DNA of 64,000 nucleotides from Planctomycetota bacterium (lineage in GTDB: Bacteria > Planctomycetota > B15-G4). The stretch is taken from positions 51,403-115,402 of the forward strand of contig JBBQUR010000016.1 in assembly GCA_038212275.1 (NCBI GenBank). The letters run 5' to 3'. The notes under the pieces were generated by a model. That model was not told the origin of the DNA. It made no database searches and saw nothing but the letters and a program-made list of their open reading frames with translations. Shown here one piece after another: positions 1-9,919 of the stretch; within the stretch, counting starts at the first letter, position 1, and each line of letters opens with the position of its first letter. The translations under genes and the position numbers were made by a program.

Positions 1-171
1 CCCGGAGACGTGGCGTACTTTGCCGTCGGCTGCCTGGTGGCCTACGTGTGCAGCGGCCACACGGGCATCTACGCGTCGCAGCGCATCGCCCGCTCGAAGT
101 TCGGCAGCGCGGCCGTGCCACCCGGCACCTCGTTGCGCGATGCGGGCACGCGCCCGGGCGGCCGCGCATGA
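1..171 (+). CDS. 3' end of a CLC-family chloride/fluoride channel or antiporter (partial)
   Basis: Frame 1 reads PGDVAYFAVGCLVAYVCSGHTGIYASQRI, ending in TGA at 169-171. SGHxGIYxSQ is the typical C-terminal motif of bacterial EriC/CLC-F-type proteins. Confidence 0.7.
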   Translation, partial: PGDVAYFAVGCLVAYVCSGHTGIYASQRIARSKFGSAAVPPGTSLRDAGTRPGGRA

Positions 172-290
172 GCACACGACACACGACGCGCATGACATGA
201 CGCTGCCCCGCACGGGCGCCTGGTGCGCCGCGTGCGGGGCAGGTGTCGGGTCCGCGGGGCCGCCGGAGCGGCTGCCGCACCGATCGGCAG

Positions 291-3281
291 TTACTGGATC
301 GTGATGAGCAGGCCGTTGGTGGCGGCCTTGCCCTTGGCGCCTGCCGGGTCCAGCAGCCAGTGCTGCAGGGTGATCTGCATCCCGATGATGCCCGGCGTGT
401 TCGGCAGCGCGCCCATGACCACCGTCGTGCCGCCGGGACTCGTGATGAGGCCCGCGGTCGCAAGGACATTGCCCACCAGGAAGGTGCCGCCCAGCGCGGG
501 AATCGCCACCTGATCCGTGCCGATGAACAGCGTGCCCGGCGCGGCGGGCTTCGCGCCGCTCGTCATGAGTGTCACGGAGCCGCCCGGCGTGGCCGAGCCG
601 CTGCCCGCAAGCGCGGGAGCGATGCCGCCCTGCCCCGGCGTGCCCGCGCCGTACGGGATGAACTGCCCGCCGCTGACCGGCCCGAGCGACAGAACCTGGA
701 AGTCGTCGATGTTCCAGCCGCCGTACTCGACACCGCCGTCCGAGATGAGCTCGAACTTCACGGACACCGACGGGTTGTTGTCGGCGATGGCGGAGATGTC
801 GAAGTCCTGCGCGATCCAGCTCGTGTCGAGCAGGTCCGTGGCCGACGGGTTGGTGAAGACGATGGTGTTGTTCACGTACACCCGCGCCAGATCGAAGATG
901 CCCTTCTCCACGTTGAGCCAGCGCCGGAAGCGCAGGCGCGTGCCGGTCTTGCCGCTCAGGTTGAACGTCGGCGAGGTGAGGTTGTTGTTCACGTTGGGCT
1001 GGTAGATGCCATTGAAGCCCGCGAGGCCGAGGTCATTGCCCCACACGCTCGATCCGGAGTACGCCGTCGCCGGGTCGGTGGAGGCTCCGTTCGGGCTGCC
1101 GTGATTCCAGTCGTCCTGCGTCGCGATCTGCTGGTGGACCCAGCTTTCGTCGCTCACCGGCTCGAAGTCGTAGAACTGGTGCACGGTGACCGTGCCGACG
1201 TCGTAGCTGAGGAAGTCCGTCGGCGCCTTCGCCGGGAAGCTGTTCCCGTTGCTGGCGAGGTCCGTGGCGCGCACGTAGTAGCCCACGACCGCCGGCGAGA
1301 CCTGGCCGGGAATCTGGCCGCTCCACGTGTTGCCCGAGACGAAACTCATCGGCACGGACGAGAAGTTCGCGCCGCCGTTGGTGGTGTAGAAGAGCTTCAC
1401 CGCATTCAGCGCGGCGTTCGCTTCGACGACGGTCGCGTTCACCGTCACCGCGCCCTCGCTGTTCACCGGGCTGTTCACCGGCGTGACGCTCACCGTGAAC
1501 AGCGGCAGCGTGAAGCCCGGGAAGCCCTGTTCCTTGAAGGCGGCGTCGATGGTGGTGTAGTTCGGCGTGCCGTTGTTCAGGTTGCCGTCGTTGTCGTCGA
1601 GCATCAGCCAGTGATCCTCGATGATCGACTTGATCTGCGAGTCGTTGAAGGTCTGGAACCACGCCAGCAGATACTGGTTGGCAAGCGCGCTGCCGGCCGG
1701 CGCGCCGAGCGAGGTCTTCAGGTTGCGACGCACCTTCCAGATGGCGCCCATGAGCGGTTCGCCGTCCGCGTGCACCTCGCCGTAGCAGCCGGGATTGCTG
1801 TCGCCGCAGAAGGCGCTGGTGTTGTCGCCCGTGCGGATGTTCGTGCCGAGGCCGAAGAAGTCCTGCGCGACGACGGGATTGTCGGCGATGTACATCGACC
1901 AGCAGTCCGCGCCGCCTTCGCCGAAGCCGTCGCCGCCGTTGCCCGAGCCGTACAGATCGTTGGCCCAGTGGCCCTCTTCATGCCACACCACCGTCGAGTA
2001 CGAAGTGTTGGGGCAGCCGCCGCCCGCGAGGAAGAAGTTGAGCGAGCCTCCATCGTAGAAGGCGTTGCAGGTGTCGGCCTCGTTCACGTTGGAGAGCAGC
2101 TGGAAGTCGAAGGACGTGTCACCCGGATCGAGGCTGCGGACCCAGTCGCGGAAATGTTCGACGCTGATGTGCGCGTTCACCTCGGCCGTCGTCTGCTCGG
2201 ACAGGCTCTGGTTCAGCATGAAGTTCTGACTCACGCCCGGGGCCAGGGTCAGCGCCACCGAGGACTCGCCGCCCGCGATGTTGTCGACGCGCGAGTACAT
2301 GCCGTTGAAGCTCGCCGTCACGAGCTTGGACGTGTTCGTGCCGGCAAAGGTGAAGTTGCCGTTCGCATCGCTCAGCTGGTTGGGCTCGCCGGCTGCGACG
2401 AGCCGCACGTCCTTGAGATTCTGGAGCACCTCGGGGGCGCCGCCGTCGGGCAGCAGGCCGGCCTGGGCATTGCCCTGCACCTTGCCGACCAGGTCGCCGT
2501 GCACCAGTGACCAGCTGTCGAGCACCGCGGGCGTGCCGCGCGCCGAGACCACGTACTGGCGGATCACCGGCAGTTCGCCGGTCCTCGGGTTGTAGCTGGC
2601 GGCCAGCTTGAACTCGTACGCCGGCATCGCGCGCACCGCGTTCTTGCGGGCGTCGGGCTTGCCGGGGAAGAGCACGTAGCCCGCGGGCTCCACGCTGATG
2701 GCCGCGACACCCGTGTCGGCGGCGAAGGCGGCCTGCGCGGCCTGCGCCGCCGCGCCCAGGGTCACCGTCGGATCGAGCTTGACCTGCGCGACGTGCGGCA
2801 GGCCCTGGTTGTCCAGGCCGAGCAACCGGCCGTCTGCGGAGAAGAGCAGGTTCACGTAGCCGTGGTGCGTGGGCACGCCGTCAACGACCTGGTGAAACTT
2901 GACGACGATCTTGTCCGTCCCGCCCGCGCGCGCGAGCGGAAGCTGCTTCACGCGATCGAGCACCAGCGTGTCGGCGTCGTAGCCGAGGGCTGCTGCCATC
3001 TCGTTCACGAAGCTGCGGCTGGCGACAACGAGCGCCTCGGGCGAGAGCGCGTTGGCCGGCACCAGCGGCAGGTTGCCGCCGAAGATCAGTCGCGGCGCAT
3101 TGGTCTCGTGGGTCCAGCGCACCTGCCACTCGGGACCGTTGTCCGCCTGGAAGCGGCGCATCGTGCTGCCCGGATCGAAACCGGGAAACGTGCTGGCGTC
3201 GGCGGGATCAGCCACCTGCGCGAGCGTTGCGGCGCCCAGGAAGGCAGAGGCGAAGAGTGCGGACAGAATGTGTCTGATCAC
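291..3281 (-). CDS. Secreted thermolysin/fungalysin-like (M4/M36) zinc metallopeptidase with propeptide and C-terminal beta domains
   Basis: GTG start after GGAG. Signal peptide, FTP-like propeptide (VKFHQVVDGVP), CNAFYDG, HEEGH (HExxH), GEGGAD third ligand, EVHADG, a jelly-roll-like domain and a terminal ~120-aa domain. Confidence 0.8.
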   Translation of the reverse strand: MIRHILSALFASAFLGAATLAQVADPADASTFPGFDPGSTMRRFQADNGPEWQVRWTHETNAPRLIFGGNLPLVPANALSPEALVVASRSFVNEMAAALGYDADTLVLDRVKQLPLARAGGTDKIVVKFHQVVDGVPTHHGYVNLLFSADGRLLGLDNQGLPHVAQVKLDPTVTLGAAAQAAQAAFAADTGVAAISVEPAGYVLFPGKPDARKNAVRAMPAYEFKLAASYNPRTGELPVIRQYVVSARGTPAVLDSWSLVHGDLVGKVQGNAQAGLLPDGGAPEVLQNLKDVRLVAAGEPNQLSDANGNFTFAGTNTSKLVTASFNGMYSRVDNIAGGESSVALTLAPGVSQNFMLNQSLSEQTTAEVNAHISVEHFRDWVRSLDPGDTSFDFQLLSNVNEADTCNAFYDGGSLNFFLAGGGCPNTSYSTVVWHEEGHWANDLYGSGNGGDGFGEGGADCWSMYIADNPVVAQDFFGLGTNIRTGDNTSAFCGDSNPGCYGEVHADGEPLMGAIWKVRRNLKTSLGAPAGSALANQYLLAWFQTFNDSQIKSIIEDHWLMLDDNDGNLNNGTPNYTTIDAAFKEQGFPGFTLPLFTVSVTPVNSPVNSEGAVTVNATVVEANAALNAVKLFYTTNGGANFSSVPMSFVSGNTWSGQIPGQVSPAVVGYYVRATDLASNGNSFPAKAPTDFLSYDVGTVTVHQFYDFEPVSDESWVHQQIATQDDWNHGSPNGASTDPATAYSGSSVWGNDLGLAGFNGIYQPNVNNNLTSPTFNLSGKTGTRLRFRRWLNVEKGIFDLARVYVNNTIVFTNPSATDLLDTSWIAQDFDISAIADNNPSVSVKFELISDGGVEYGGWNIDDFQVLSLGPVSGGQFIPYGAGTPGQGGIAPALAGSGSATPGGSVTLMTSGAKPAAPGTLFIGTDQVAIPALGGTFLVGNVLATAGLITSPGGTTVVMGALPNTPGIIGMQITLQHWLLDPAGAKGKAATNGLLITIQ

Positions 3282-3493
3282 GAACGGGCTCCAGAGTGGG
3301 AGAGACGGCGGAGTGGGGACACCGGGATGGGTCTGGGGCGGTCGCTGGTGGCCAGGCGGCAGCCGCATCGGCGTTCGGGCCGAGGTCGCGGCACTCTAAT
3401 CGCGCGTCGTGGATCCGGCTACCCTCGGTGTCACCGTTGCCTCAGCTTTTTTGAGAAGCCGGGGTCGGCAGCGGGCGCCTTCGCGTCGCGCGC

Positions 3494-3913
3494 TCAGGGC
3501 CGCGAGGCGAGCATGGTCATGGCGGTTCCGAGCGCCGACGTGATGAGCACGAGTCCCACGAAGATCTCCGAGGCGCGGTGGTGGGCGCGACGCGCGTCCT
3601 GGCCGGTGCCGACGTCGCTGGGCCGTGTTCCGCGGGCCAGCCGGATGCCGGTCCACACCACGAAGGGCAGCGCGAGGAAGGTGGCCGCCACGGCGCCCAT
3701 GTGAATCGTGTGCACGACAGACGAGGTGCCGTCGAAGACGAGGCCGCGCCCGAAGGTCTCCGCACGCCAGATGGCAATGGCGAGGCAGCCCAGAAACAGC
3801 GCGACGAAGCGGTAATGCACCGTGCGCCGGTGCGTGACTCCCGACCAGATCACGCCGCCCAGCGCCGCGACGGTGCCCAGCAGCGACAGCACGAGTTGCC
3901 AGGCGAGGCTCAC
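3494..3913 (-). CDS. Small four-helix membrane protein (DUF420-like)
   Basis: Four hydrophobic segments with interspersed His, directly downstream of topA. GTG start inferred. Confidence 0.6.
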   Translation of the reverse strand: MSLAWQLVLSLLGTVAALGGVIWSGVTHRRTVHYRFVALFLGCLAIAIWRAETFGRGLVFDGTSSVVHTIHMGAVAATFLALPFVVWTGIRLARGTRPSDVGTGQDARRAHHRASEIFVGLVLITSALGTAMTMLASRP

Positions 3914-3935
3914 GCGGTCACGAGCCGTCTGCGTG

Positions 3936-6845
3936 TCACGTCGGCTTCGCCGGCTTGACCGCGGCGGGCGCGCCGACTGGCTTGACCTTCTTGCCGGCCG
4001 GCTTCGAGGCCGCCTTGCGGGTCGTCTTGCGGGCCGTCTTGCCACGCGCGGCCTTCTTGCCTGCGGCCGCGGACGCGCCCTTCGCGCGGCCGGCTTCGGC
4101 CTCATCACCGGCCCCGGCCTCGGCCCCGGGCTCGGCGTCATCGCCGGGCTCATCGTCGTCCGCGCCCCGGGCGCCGACCTTGCCGGCGCGCGCCTTGGGA
4201 ACCGGAGGAGCGAGAGCCTGGTCGGGGTGCTCCCTGCAGAGCATCGTGCCGTCGGGCCCGGGCTCGGTCATCGCGGCGCCGCAGAGCTTGCCGGTGCGCG
4301 ACTCGTGGAGGCAGGTCGGCAGGTTCAGCGTGCCGCGGCACTTGGGGAAGCCCGGGCAGGCGAGGAACTTGCCGCGCCGGCTGCGCTTCACATTCATGAT
4401 CCGGTTGCAGAGCGGGCAGTGCACGGTGCTTTCCACCGGCCACAGCGGCTCACCGGTCGTGGACACCGAGACGGCGCCCTTGCAGTCCTTGGTCTTGAAG
4501 CCGGTGCAGGCCAGGAAAGGCCGGCCCCAGCGGTTCACCTTGCGCTCCATCGGGCGCCCGCACACCACGCCCGCCTCGTTCTTGGCGCGGCATGTGTGTT
4601 CGGACAGCTCTGCCGCCGCGGCGCGCATGCCGGACAAGGGCACGTTGTTGCTGCAGTCCGGGTAGCGGCTGCAGCCGAGGTAGGCGCCGCCGCGGTTGAA
4701 AAGCACGACCATCGGCGCGCCGCACACCACGCCGGTCTTCTCGTCCGGCTTGCTGCACTTCATGTCCGGCACGACGAGCGGCCGGGCGCGGTAGTGCGCC
4801 ATGCCGTCGCGCGCCGCTTCGAGATCCTTCTCGAAGGGCTCGTAGAAGTCGCGCACGACGGTCTGCCAGTCCTGCTTGCCCTCGGCGATCTCGTCGAGGT
4901 CGTTCTCGAACTTGGCGGTGAACTTCGTGTTGACGATGTCGCCGAACTGCGGCTCGAGCAGGTCGGTCGTGACTTCGCCGAGGTGCGTGGCGAAGAAGGC
5001 GTTGCGGCGGCGCTGACGCGGGCCGGCGAAGGCTTCCTCGTCGTCCGTCGCGGCGGTGGGCTCGGCGCCGGCCTCGCCGTCGCTGTCGGCGCGGGCTTCG
5101 CTGGTCGCGCCGTCCGCGCCCGAGTCTTCGCTGCCATCCTCGAGCTTCGTCCTGCCGGGCGAGTCGTCGGCCCCTTCATCGGGCGGCGCGATCACCGCGC
5201 GTTCCGGATGGAGCATCAGCTCGCGCAGCTTCTCCTGGTCGGCTTCTTCGCCGTGGTCCGCGTACTTGCGGTCCACGATCGTGCTGAGAATGGAGGCATA
5301 CGTCGAGGGGCGGCCGATGCCGTGCTCCTCGAGCGACTTCACCAGCGAGGCCTCGGTGAAGCGCCGCGGCGGCGTGGTGAAGTGCTGGCTGGGCACCACG
5401 CTCTTCGGCGTGAGGACCTGGCCTTCCTTCAGCGCGGGCAGACGTTGTTCCTCCTCGCTGTCGGCGCCGTAGACCTGCGTGAAGCCGGCAAACGTGGTGA
5501 CACGGCCGCTGGCCGCGAAGAGCGCGCCGTTGCGCACGAGTTCGAGCGTGGTCACGAGGTACTCCGCCGGCGCCATCTGGCAGGCGATGAAGCGGCGCCA
5601 GATGAGGTCGTAGAGCTTCCACTGCTCCTCGTTGAGCGCGTGGCGGACGGCGTCCGGCGTGCGGAAGGGGTCCGTGGGGCGGATGGCCTCGTGCGCCTCC
5701 TGCGCGCCCTGCTTGCTGCGGAAGCTGTTGGGCTTCTCGGGCAGGAAGCGCTCGCCGAAGCGGCCCCGCACCAGCTCGCGCGCCGCGTCGCGGGCGGTCT
5801 GCGCGATGTTGAAGCTGTCCGTGCGCATGTAGGTGATGAGACCGACGGCGCCTTCACCCGGCAGTTCGATGCCTTCGTACAGCGTCTGCGCGACGCGCAT
5901 CGTGCGCTTGGCCGTGAAGCCGTAGCGCCCGGCCGCGGCCTGCTGCAGCGTGCTGGTCTTGAAGGGCGGCTTTGCCGACACCTTGCGTGGTGTCTGCTTC
6001 AGGCTGCTCAGCGTGAATGGACCGGCCGGCACGCCCGCCGCGGCGACGAGCGCCGCGCCCTGCGGCACCCCGTCGAGCGGCCAGTTCGTCCGCGCTGCGT
6101 CGACGGTCACCGAGCGGTCCGGCAGCACCCTGGCGAGCACTTCGCGGGCGTCGGCCTCGGATTTCAGCTCGCGACCTTTGCCATCCAGTTTGCGGAACTC
6201 TGCGGTGAAATTGTCCGCCTCATCCGCGCCCGTATTCTCGACGTGGAATTGCGCTGCAAGCCGCCAGTACTCCTCGGGCACGAAGGCGCGGATCTCGCGC
6301 TCGCGGTCCACCACGAGCTTCACGGCGACCGACTGCACGCGGCCGGCGGAGAGCCCGCGGGTCAGCTTCTTCCAGAGCAGCTCGGAGAGCTGGTAGCCCA
6401 CGAGACGGTCCAGGATGCGGCGCGCCTTGTAGGCATCCACGAGACTGGCGTTGACCTTGCCGGCGTGGTCGAAGGCCTCCTGGATCGCGCCCTTGGTGAT
6501 CTCGTGGAAGACCACGCGGCGGATGTCCAGGTTCTTCGTCTTGTTGCCGACCAGCAGCTCGACGAGGTGCCAGGCGATGGCCTCTCCTTCGCGGTCCGGG
6601 TCGGTCGCCAGATACAAGGTGTCGGCGCCGACGAGCGCCTTGCGCAGCTCGGTCACGACCTTGGCGCGATCGGCGATCGGCTCCCAGTCCATCTCGAAGC
6701 CCTTTTCGGGGTTCACGTGGAGGCCTGACCGAGGCAGGTCGCGGACGTGCCCCATGCTGGCCTTGACCGTGAAACCGGGCCCGAGAAAGCGCCCGATGGT
6801 CTTCGCCTTGGCTGGCGATTCGACGATAACCAGCGGTTTGGACAA
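3936..6845 (-). CDS. topA: DNA topoisomerase I (type IA)
   Basis: LVIVESPAKAKTI, ATDPDREGEAI, SAGRVQS, catalytic LITYMRTDS, EAHEAIRPT, GIGRPSTY, C-terminal zinc ribbons and a Lys/Ala tail. Confidence 0.97.
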   Translation of the reverse strand: MSKPLVIVESPAKAKTIGRFLGPGFTVKASMGHVRDLPRSGLHVNPEKGFEMDWEPIADRAKVVTELRKALVGADTLYLATDPDREGEAIAWHLVELLVGNKTKNLDIRRVVFHEITKGAIQEAFDHAGKVNASLVDAYKARRILDRLVGYQLSELLWKKLTRGLSAGRVQSVAVKLVVDREREIRAFVPEEYWRLAAQFHVENTGADEADNFTAEFRKLDGKGRELKSEADAREVLARVLPDRSVTVDAARTNWPLDGVPQGAALVAAAGVPAGPFTLSSLKQTPRKVSAKPPFKTSTLQQAAAGRYGFTAKRTMRVAQTLYEGIELPGEGAVGLITYMRTDSFNIAQTARDAARELVRGRFGERFLPEKPNSFRSKQGAQEAHEAIRPTDPFRTPDAVRHALNEEQWKLYDLIWRRFIACQMAPAEYLVTTLELVRNGALFAASGRVTTFAGFTQVYGADSEEEQRLPALKEGQVLTPKSVVPSQHFTTPPRRFTEASLVKSLEEHGIGRPSTYASILSTIVDRKYADHGEEADQEKLRELMLHPERAVIAPPDEGADDSPGRTKLEDGSEDSGADGATSEARADSDGEAGAEPTAATDDEEAFAGPRQRRRNAFFATHLGEVTTDLLEPQFGDIVNTKFTAKFENDLDEIAEGKQDWQTVVRDFYEPFEKDLEAARDGMAHYRARPLVVPDMKCSKPDEKTGVVCGAPMVVLFNRGGAYLGCSRYPDCSNNVPLSGMRAAAAELSEHTCRAKNEAGVVCGRPMERKVNRWGRPFLACTGFKTKDCKGAVSVSTTGEPLWPVESTVHCPLCNRIMNVKRSRRGKFLACPGFPKCRGTLNLPTCLHESRTGKLCGAAMTEPGPDGTMLCREHPDQALAPPVPKARAGKVGARGADDDEPGDDAEPGAEAGAGDEAEAGRAKGASAAAGKKAARGKTARKTTRKAASKPAGKKVKPVGAPAAVKPAKPT

Positions 6846-6893
6846 GGGTTATGTCATCCGGGCGAGGGCAATGAGCACGACGGGCAGGTCGCT

Positions 6894-6923
6894 GACATAG
6901 CGGGGCCTCCCGGGCATAGTCAA
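6894..6923 (-). promoter_or_regulatory. Putative sigma70 promoter of topA
   Basis: Minus strand reads TTGACT-N18-TATGTC, about 50 nt upstream of the TTG start. Confidence 0.4.
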
Positions 6924-6958
6924 GCGAAAGGCGAATTGCACCCCCCTGGGCCACCTCC

Positions 6959-6983
6959 TCGCGGCCTCCTTCGGAGGCCGCGA
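6959..6983. other. Perfect GC-rich hairpin (possible terminator or cruciform)
   Basis: TCGCGGCCTCC-TTC-GGAGGCCGCGA forms an 11-bp stem. There is no 3' U-tract on either strand. Confidence 0.45.
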
Positions 6984-7147
6984 AAATCCTTGAGGACGGC
7001 CGCCGATCGGCGGGCCGACCGGCCGACCGGCCGGCAAGCGAAGCGGCCAGACAGGCGGCCAGCGGGTGGAGGCGGGACGATCCGCCCGGAGCACGAAGCC
7101 GCGGTCTCCTCGCCCGGGGCAGCACGCGCGCATCCCGCTCCGCGCCG

Positions 7148-8353
7148 TCAGTGCGCGGGCAGCAGCGGCTCCAGCGCCGCCGCGAGCGCCGCGCCGGCGA
7201 TGCGATTGGCGGCCGCATTCAGGTGGTGGTCACGCGGGTTGGAGACCCAGTACTGCGCGAGAAAGTGTTGCCGCTGCTCCTCGGTGACCGGAGCGCCGCC
7301 GCGCCCCTCGTAGTCGGCGATCTGGCGCTCACGCTCTTCGAGAAAGGCCGGGAGCAGGTCCACGTACGGGATGTCGAGCCGCTTGCAGGTCTGCGCGAGT
7401 GCAGCCACGGGCTGCTCGAACAGGTAGGGATCGAGCTGCTCCATCGCCGGCAGGTGCGCGACGAGGAGCGTCTTGCCGTCGGCGCGCACGAGTTCCGCGA
7501 AGCGCTCCACGTCGGCCAGCGCGCGCGCCTGGTTGTCCGGATGGGCGGCATCAAAGGCGCTGCGCACCGCGTCGCTCGACCCGAGGCGCGACACGACGGC
7601 GCGGTACAGCGCCGAGCGCCACAACCAGCCCTTGAGCGCGAAGGGCAGCGGCAGCGGATCGACGTACATGACCGCGAGCGACGCATCCCAGAGAAAGGTG
7701 CCGCGCGCAAAGTCATTGGGAAAGAAGACCAGCACGATGACGTCGACGTCGGCGAGCGCCGCTCGCTGCGTCGCGTAGAACGCCGCCTCCTGCGCGGTGC
7801 CGTAACCGCAGGTGCCGAGGTTCAGCGGAAGGATCGCGCCACCGAGCGCCGTACTCACCTGCGCCGGCAGCGACTCCTCCGCGCGCAGTCCGAGCCCGTA
7901 CGTGGTGCTGTCCCCGAGAAACGCGACGGGCGTGCGCGCCGCACGGTCCGCGCCGTCCGCACGGTCTGCGCCGTCCGCGCTGCCCGTCGTCTGCATCACG
8001 CGCCAGCCGCGCTCGTCGTGGCGATACTCGATGCCGTCGATCACGGTGGCGGCGAGCGGGCGGTTGGTGAACGAGAGCGCGGCGTCCGACACGGAGACGA
8101 AGAGGTTGGCTGCATTGAACGCCGCCTGATGTTCCGTCGCGGCGCCGCGCGAGAGATCCACGAGGCCTCCGACGCGCACGACGATCTCGAGCGCGACGAG
8201 CAGCAGCGCAAGCAGCAGCAGCGCGAGGCCGATCCGCGAGCGGCGTCGGTTCGTGCGCGGCGTTGGCTCGTGCGGCTCGTGCGGCCCGTGAGGCCCGTGC
8301 GGCGCGTGCGGCGCGGAGGCCGCACCGCCGTCGGGTCGCAGCGCAGCGGACAT
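7148..8353 (-). CDS. Membrane-anchored SGNH/GDSL hydrolase family protein
   Basis: N-terminal TM, FLGDSTTYG (block I), NLGTCGYGT, FFPND, DHHLN (DxH). Confidence 0.85.
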   Translation of the reverse strand: MSAALRPDGGAASAPHAPHGPHGPHEPHEPTPRTNRRRSRIGLALLLLALLLVALEIVVRVGGLVDLSRGAATEHQAAFNAANLFVSVSDAALSFTNRPLAATVIDGIEYRHDERGWRVMQTTGSADGADRADGADRAARTPVAFLGDSTTYGLGLRAEESLPAQVSTALGGAILPLNLGTCGYGTAQEAAFYATQRAALADVDVIVLVFFPNDFARGTFLWDASLAVMYVDPLPLPFALKGWLWRSALYRAVVSRLGSSDAVRSAFDAAHPDNQARALADVERFAELVRADGKTLLVAHLPAMEQLDPYLFEQPVAALAQTCKRLDIPYVDLLPAFLEERERQIADYEGRGGAPVTEEQRQHFLAQYWVSNPRDHHLNAAANRIAGAALAAALEPLLPAH

Positions 8354-9834
8354 CAGCGCACGCGCCGCACGATGACCGGCGACACGAAGCGCTCGCTCGC
8401 GAGCAACGTGTCCACGCTGCCCTTGTCCGGATCCACGACGAGCAGCGCGCCCCGGCCGGTGCCGTAGACGCCCTTCTTCGTGCCGTCCTCGCCGAGCGCG
8501 AGCGGGTCGGCGTTTGCGTCGGCCAGCACGAGGCGGCCGTCGGCCAGCACGTCGCCGCCGGCGGGATCGACCATGGCGCGAGGGCGGCCCACCGTCAGGC
8601 TGTCGAGCAGCTTGTGCAGCGAGGCGCCGTGCGCGGTGAAATCCACGCGAAAGAGCGCCCCATCGCCGACGACGCCGCTCTCCGTGCCCTCGTTGGCGTC
8701 GAGCAGGAAAAGCGTGAGCTTCGGGTCGGGCACGTCATCGATCGCGCCGTCGGGCGCCGCCGGAGCGCTGTCGTCCGCGGCATCCACGTCGGCAGCGGCC
8801 TTGTCGCCGGCCTCTGCGCCCTCGTCGCCGCTCTGCGGTTCGTCCTGTTCGCCTGCCTCGCGCGACTCGCTGGATTCGCGTGGCGCGTCCGGTTCGCGCG
8901 GCGCGTCCGGCTCGCGTGGCGCGTCCGGTTCGATCGGGCCGCGCCCGATGCGGATCACGTGTCGCTCGCGGTTGCGGCTGCGTTCGCGATCCCGTTCGCG
9001 CTGCAGCTCGCGCGGATCGCGCCCGTCGCGCTCGATGAGCGCGACGGGCGAGACCGTGACGTCGGGCACGAGCAGCTCGACGAGCGCGCCGTCGCGCACT
9101 TCGAAGAGCACGCCGGGCGTGGCGGCGCGGCCGTCGGCGAGGTGCATCTGATGCGGGTTGGAGTCGGCGTCCATGACCAGCACGCGGTTGTCGTTCAGCA
9201 CGACGAGCGCGCCCGGCGTCACCAGCTCCGGCCCGGCCGCGGCGATGGTCGCCTCGCCCGCCGTGTCGTCGGACGCGATCGGGATCGCGAAGACGCAGCC
9301 GGTGTTCTGCCCGAGGTCCAGCGGGTCGGCGTCGCGGTCCGAGACGTAGAGCATGCGGTCGCGTCGCGAGAAGGCCATCGCCACGAGCTTGCGCGCGCGC
9401 GGGTCGCTCCAGAGCAGCGTGACCGGGCCGCCGGCCCAGTAGGTGCGGAAGATCGCGCCGCGCGCCGGGCCGTCGTCCGGCTGCCACTGCTGATCGAGGA
9501 TGAGCACGCACTTGTCGGGCAGCACGAGGACGTCCACCGGCTCGCGCCAGCGGCTGTCCTCCGCGAAGGTGCTCAGCTCGAAGCGGTTGGCGGCGTCGCC
9601 CTCGTCACCCTCCGGGCGGGCGCGGAAGATCACGCCGAGGCGCTCGCCGTCCGGCTGCGCGGGGCCGGCGTCCATGTCCACGATGAGCAGGTCGCCGGCC
9701 CTGGGGTCCGCGGACCCGCCGAGGTCGCCGCACGCCGACGTCAGCCCCGCGAGTGCGACGGCCAGCACCCCGCAGGCCGCGGCGAAGGCACGGCTGCGCG
9801 AGGCCCCGGCGCGTGTGGTCACTTGATGCGGCAT
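8353..9834 (-). CDS. Hypothetical lipoprotein, beta-propeller-like repeats with an acidic insert
   Basis: Lipobox-like LTSAC, repeated LxVxDxDADP and GAxFxV motifs, EPDAPR tandem repeat. Confidence 0.7.
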   Translation of the reverse strand: MPHQVTTRAGASRSRAFAAACGVLAVALAGLTSACGDLGGSADPRAGDLLIVDMDAGPAQPDGERLGVIFRARPEGDEGDAANRFELSTFAEDSRWREPVDVLVLPDKCVLILDQQWQPDDGPARGAIFRTYWAGGPVTLLWSDPRARKLVAMAFSRRDRMLYVSDRDADPLDLGQNTGCVFAIPIASDDTAGEATIAAAGPELVTPGALVVLNDNRVLVMDADSNPHQMHLADGRAATPGVLFEVRDGALVELLVPDVTVSPVALIERDGRDPRELQRERDRERSRNRERHVIRIGRGPIEPDAPREPDAPREPDAPRESSESREAGEQDEPQSGDEGAEAGDKAAADVDAADDSAPAAPDGAIDDVPDPKLTLFLLDANEGTESGVVGDGALFRVDFTAHGASLHKLLDSLTVGRPRAMVDPAGGDVLADGRLVLADANADPLALGEDGTKKGVYGTGRGALLVVDPDKGSVDTLLASERFVSPVIVRRVR

Positions 9835-9919
9835 GGGAGGTCAATGATATGCTCCGCCGCCCGCGCCCGGCGTGCTCAAACAGGCGTGCGCGGACCTCCC
9901 CCTCGCGACGGACACGACC

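Noticed and set aside
4990..5270. Intein in the TopA insertion
   Set aside because: No Cys/Ser start or His-Asn end, and the insert is low-complexity acidic sequence.
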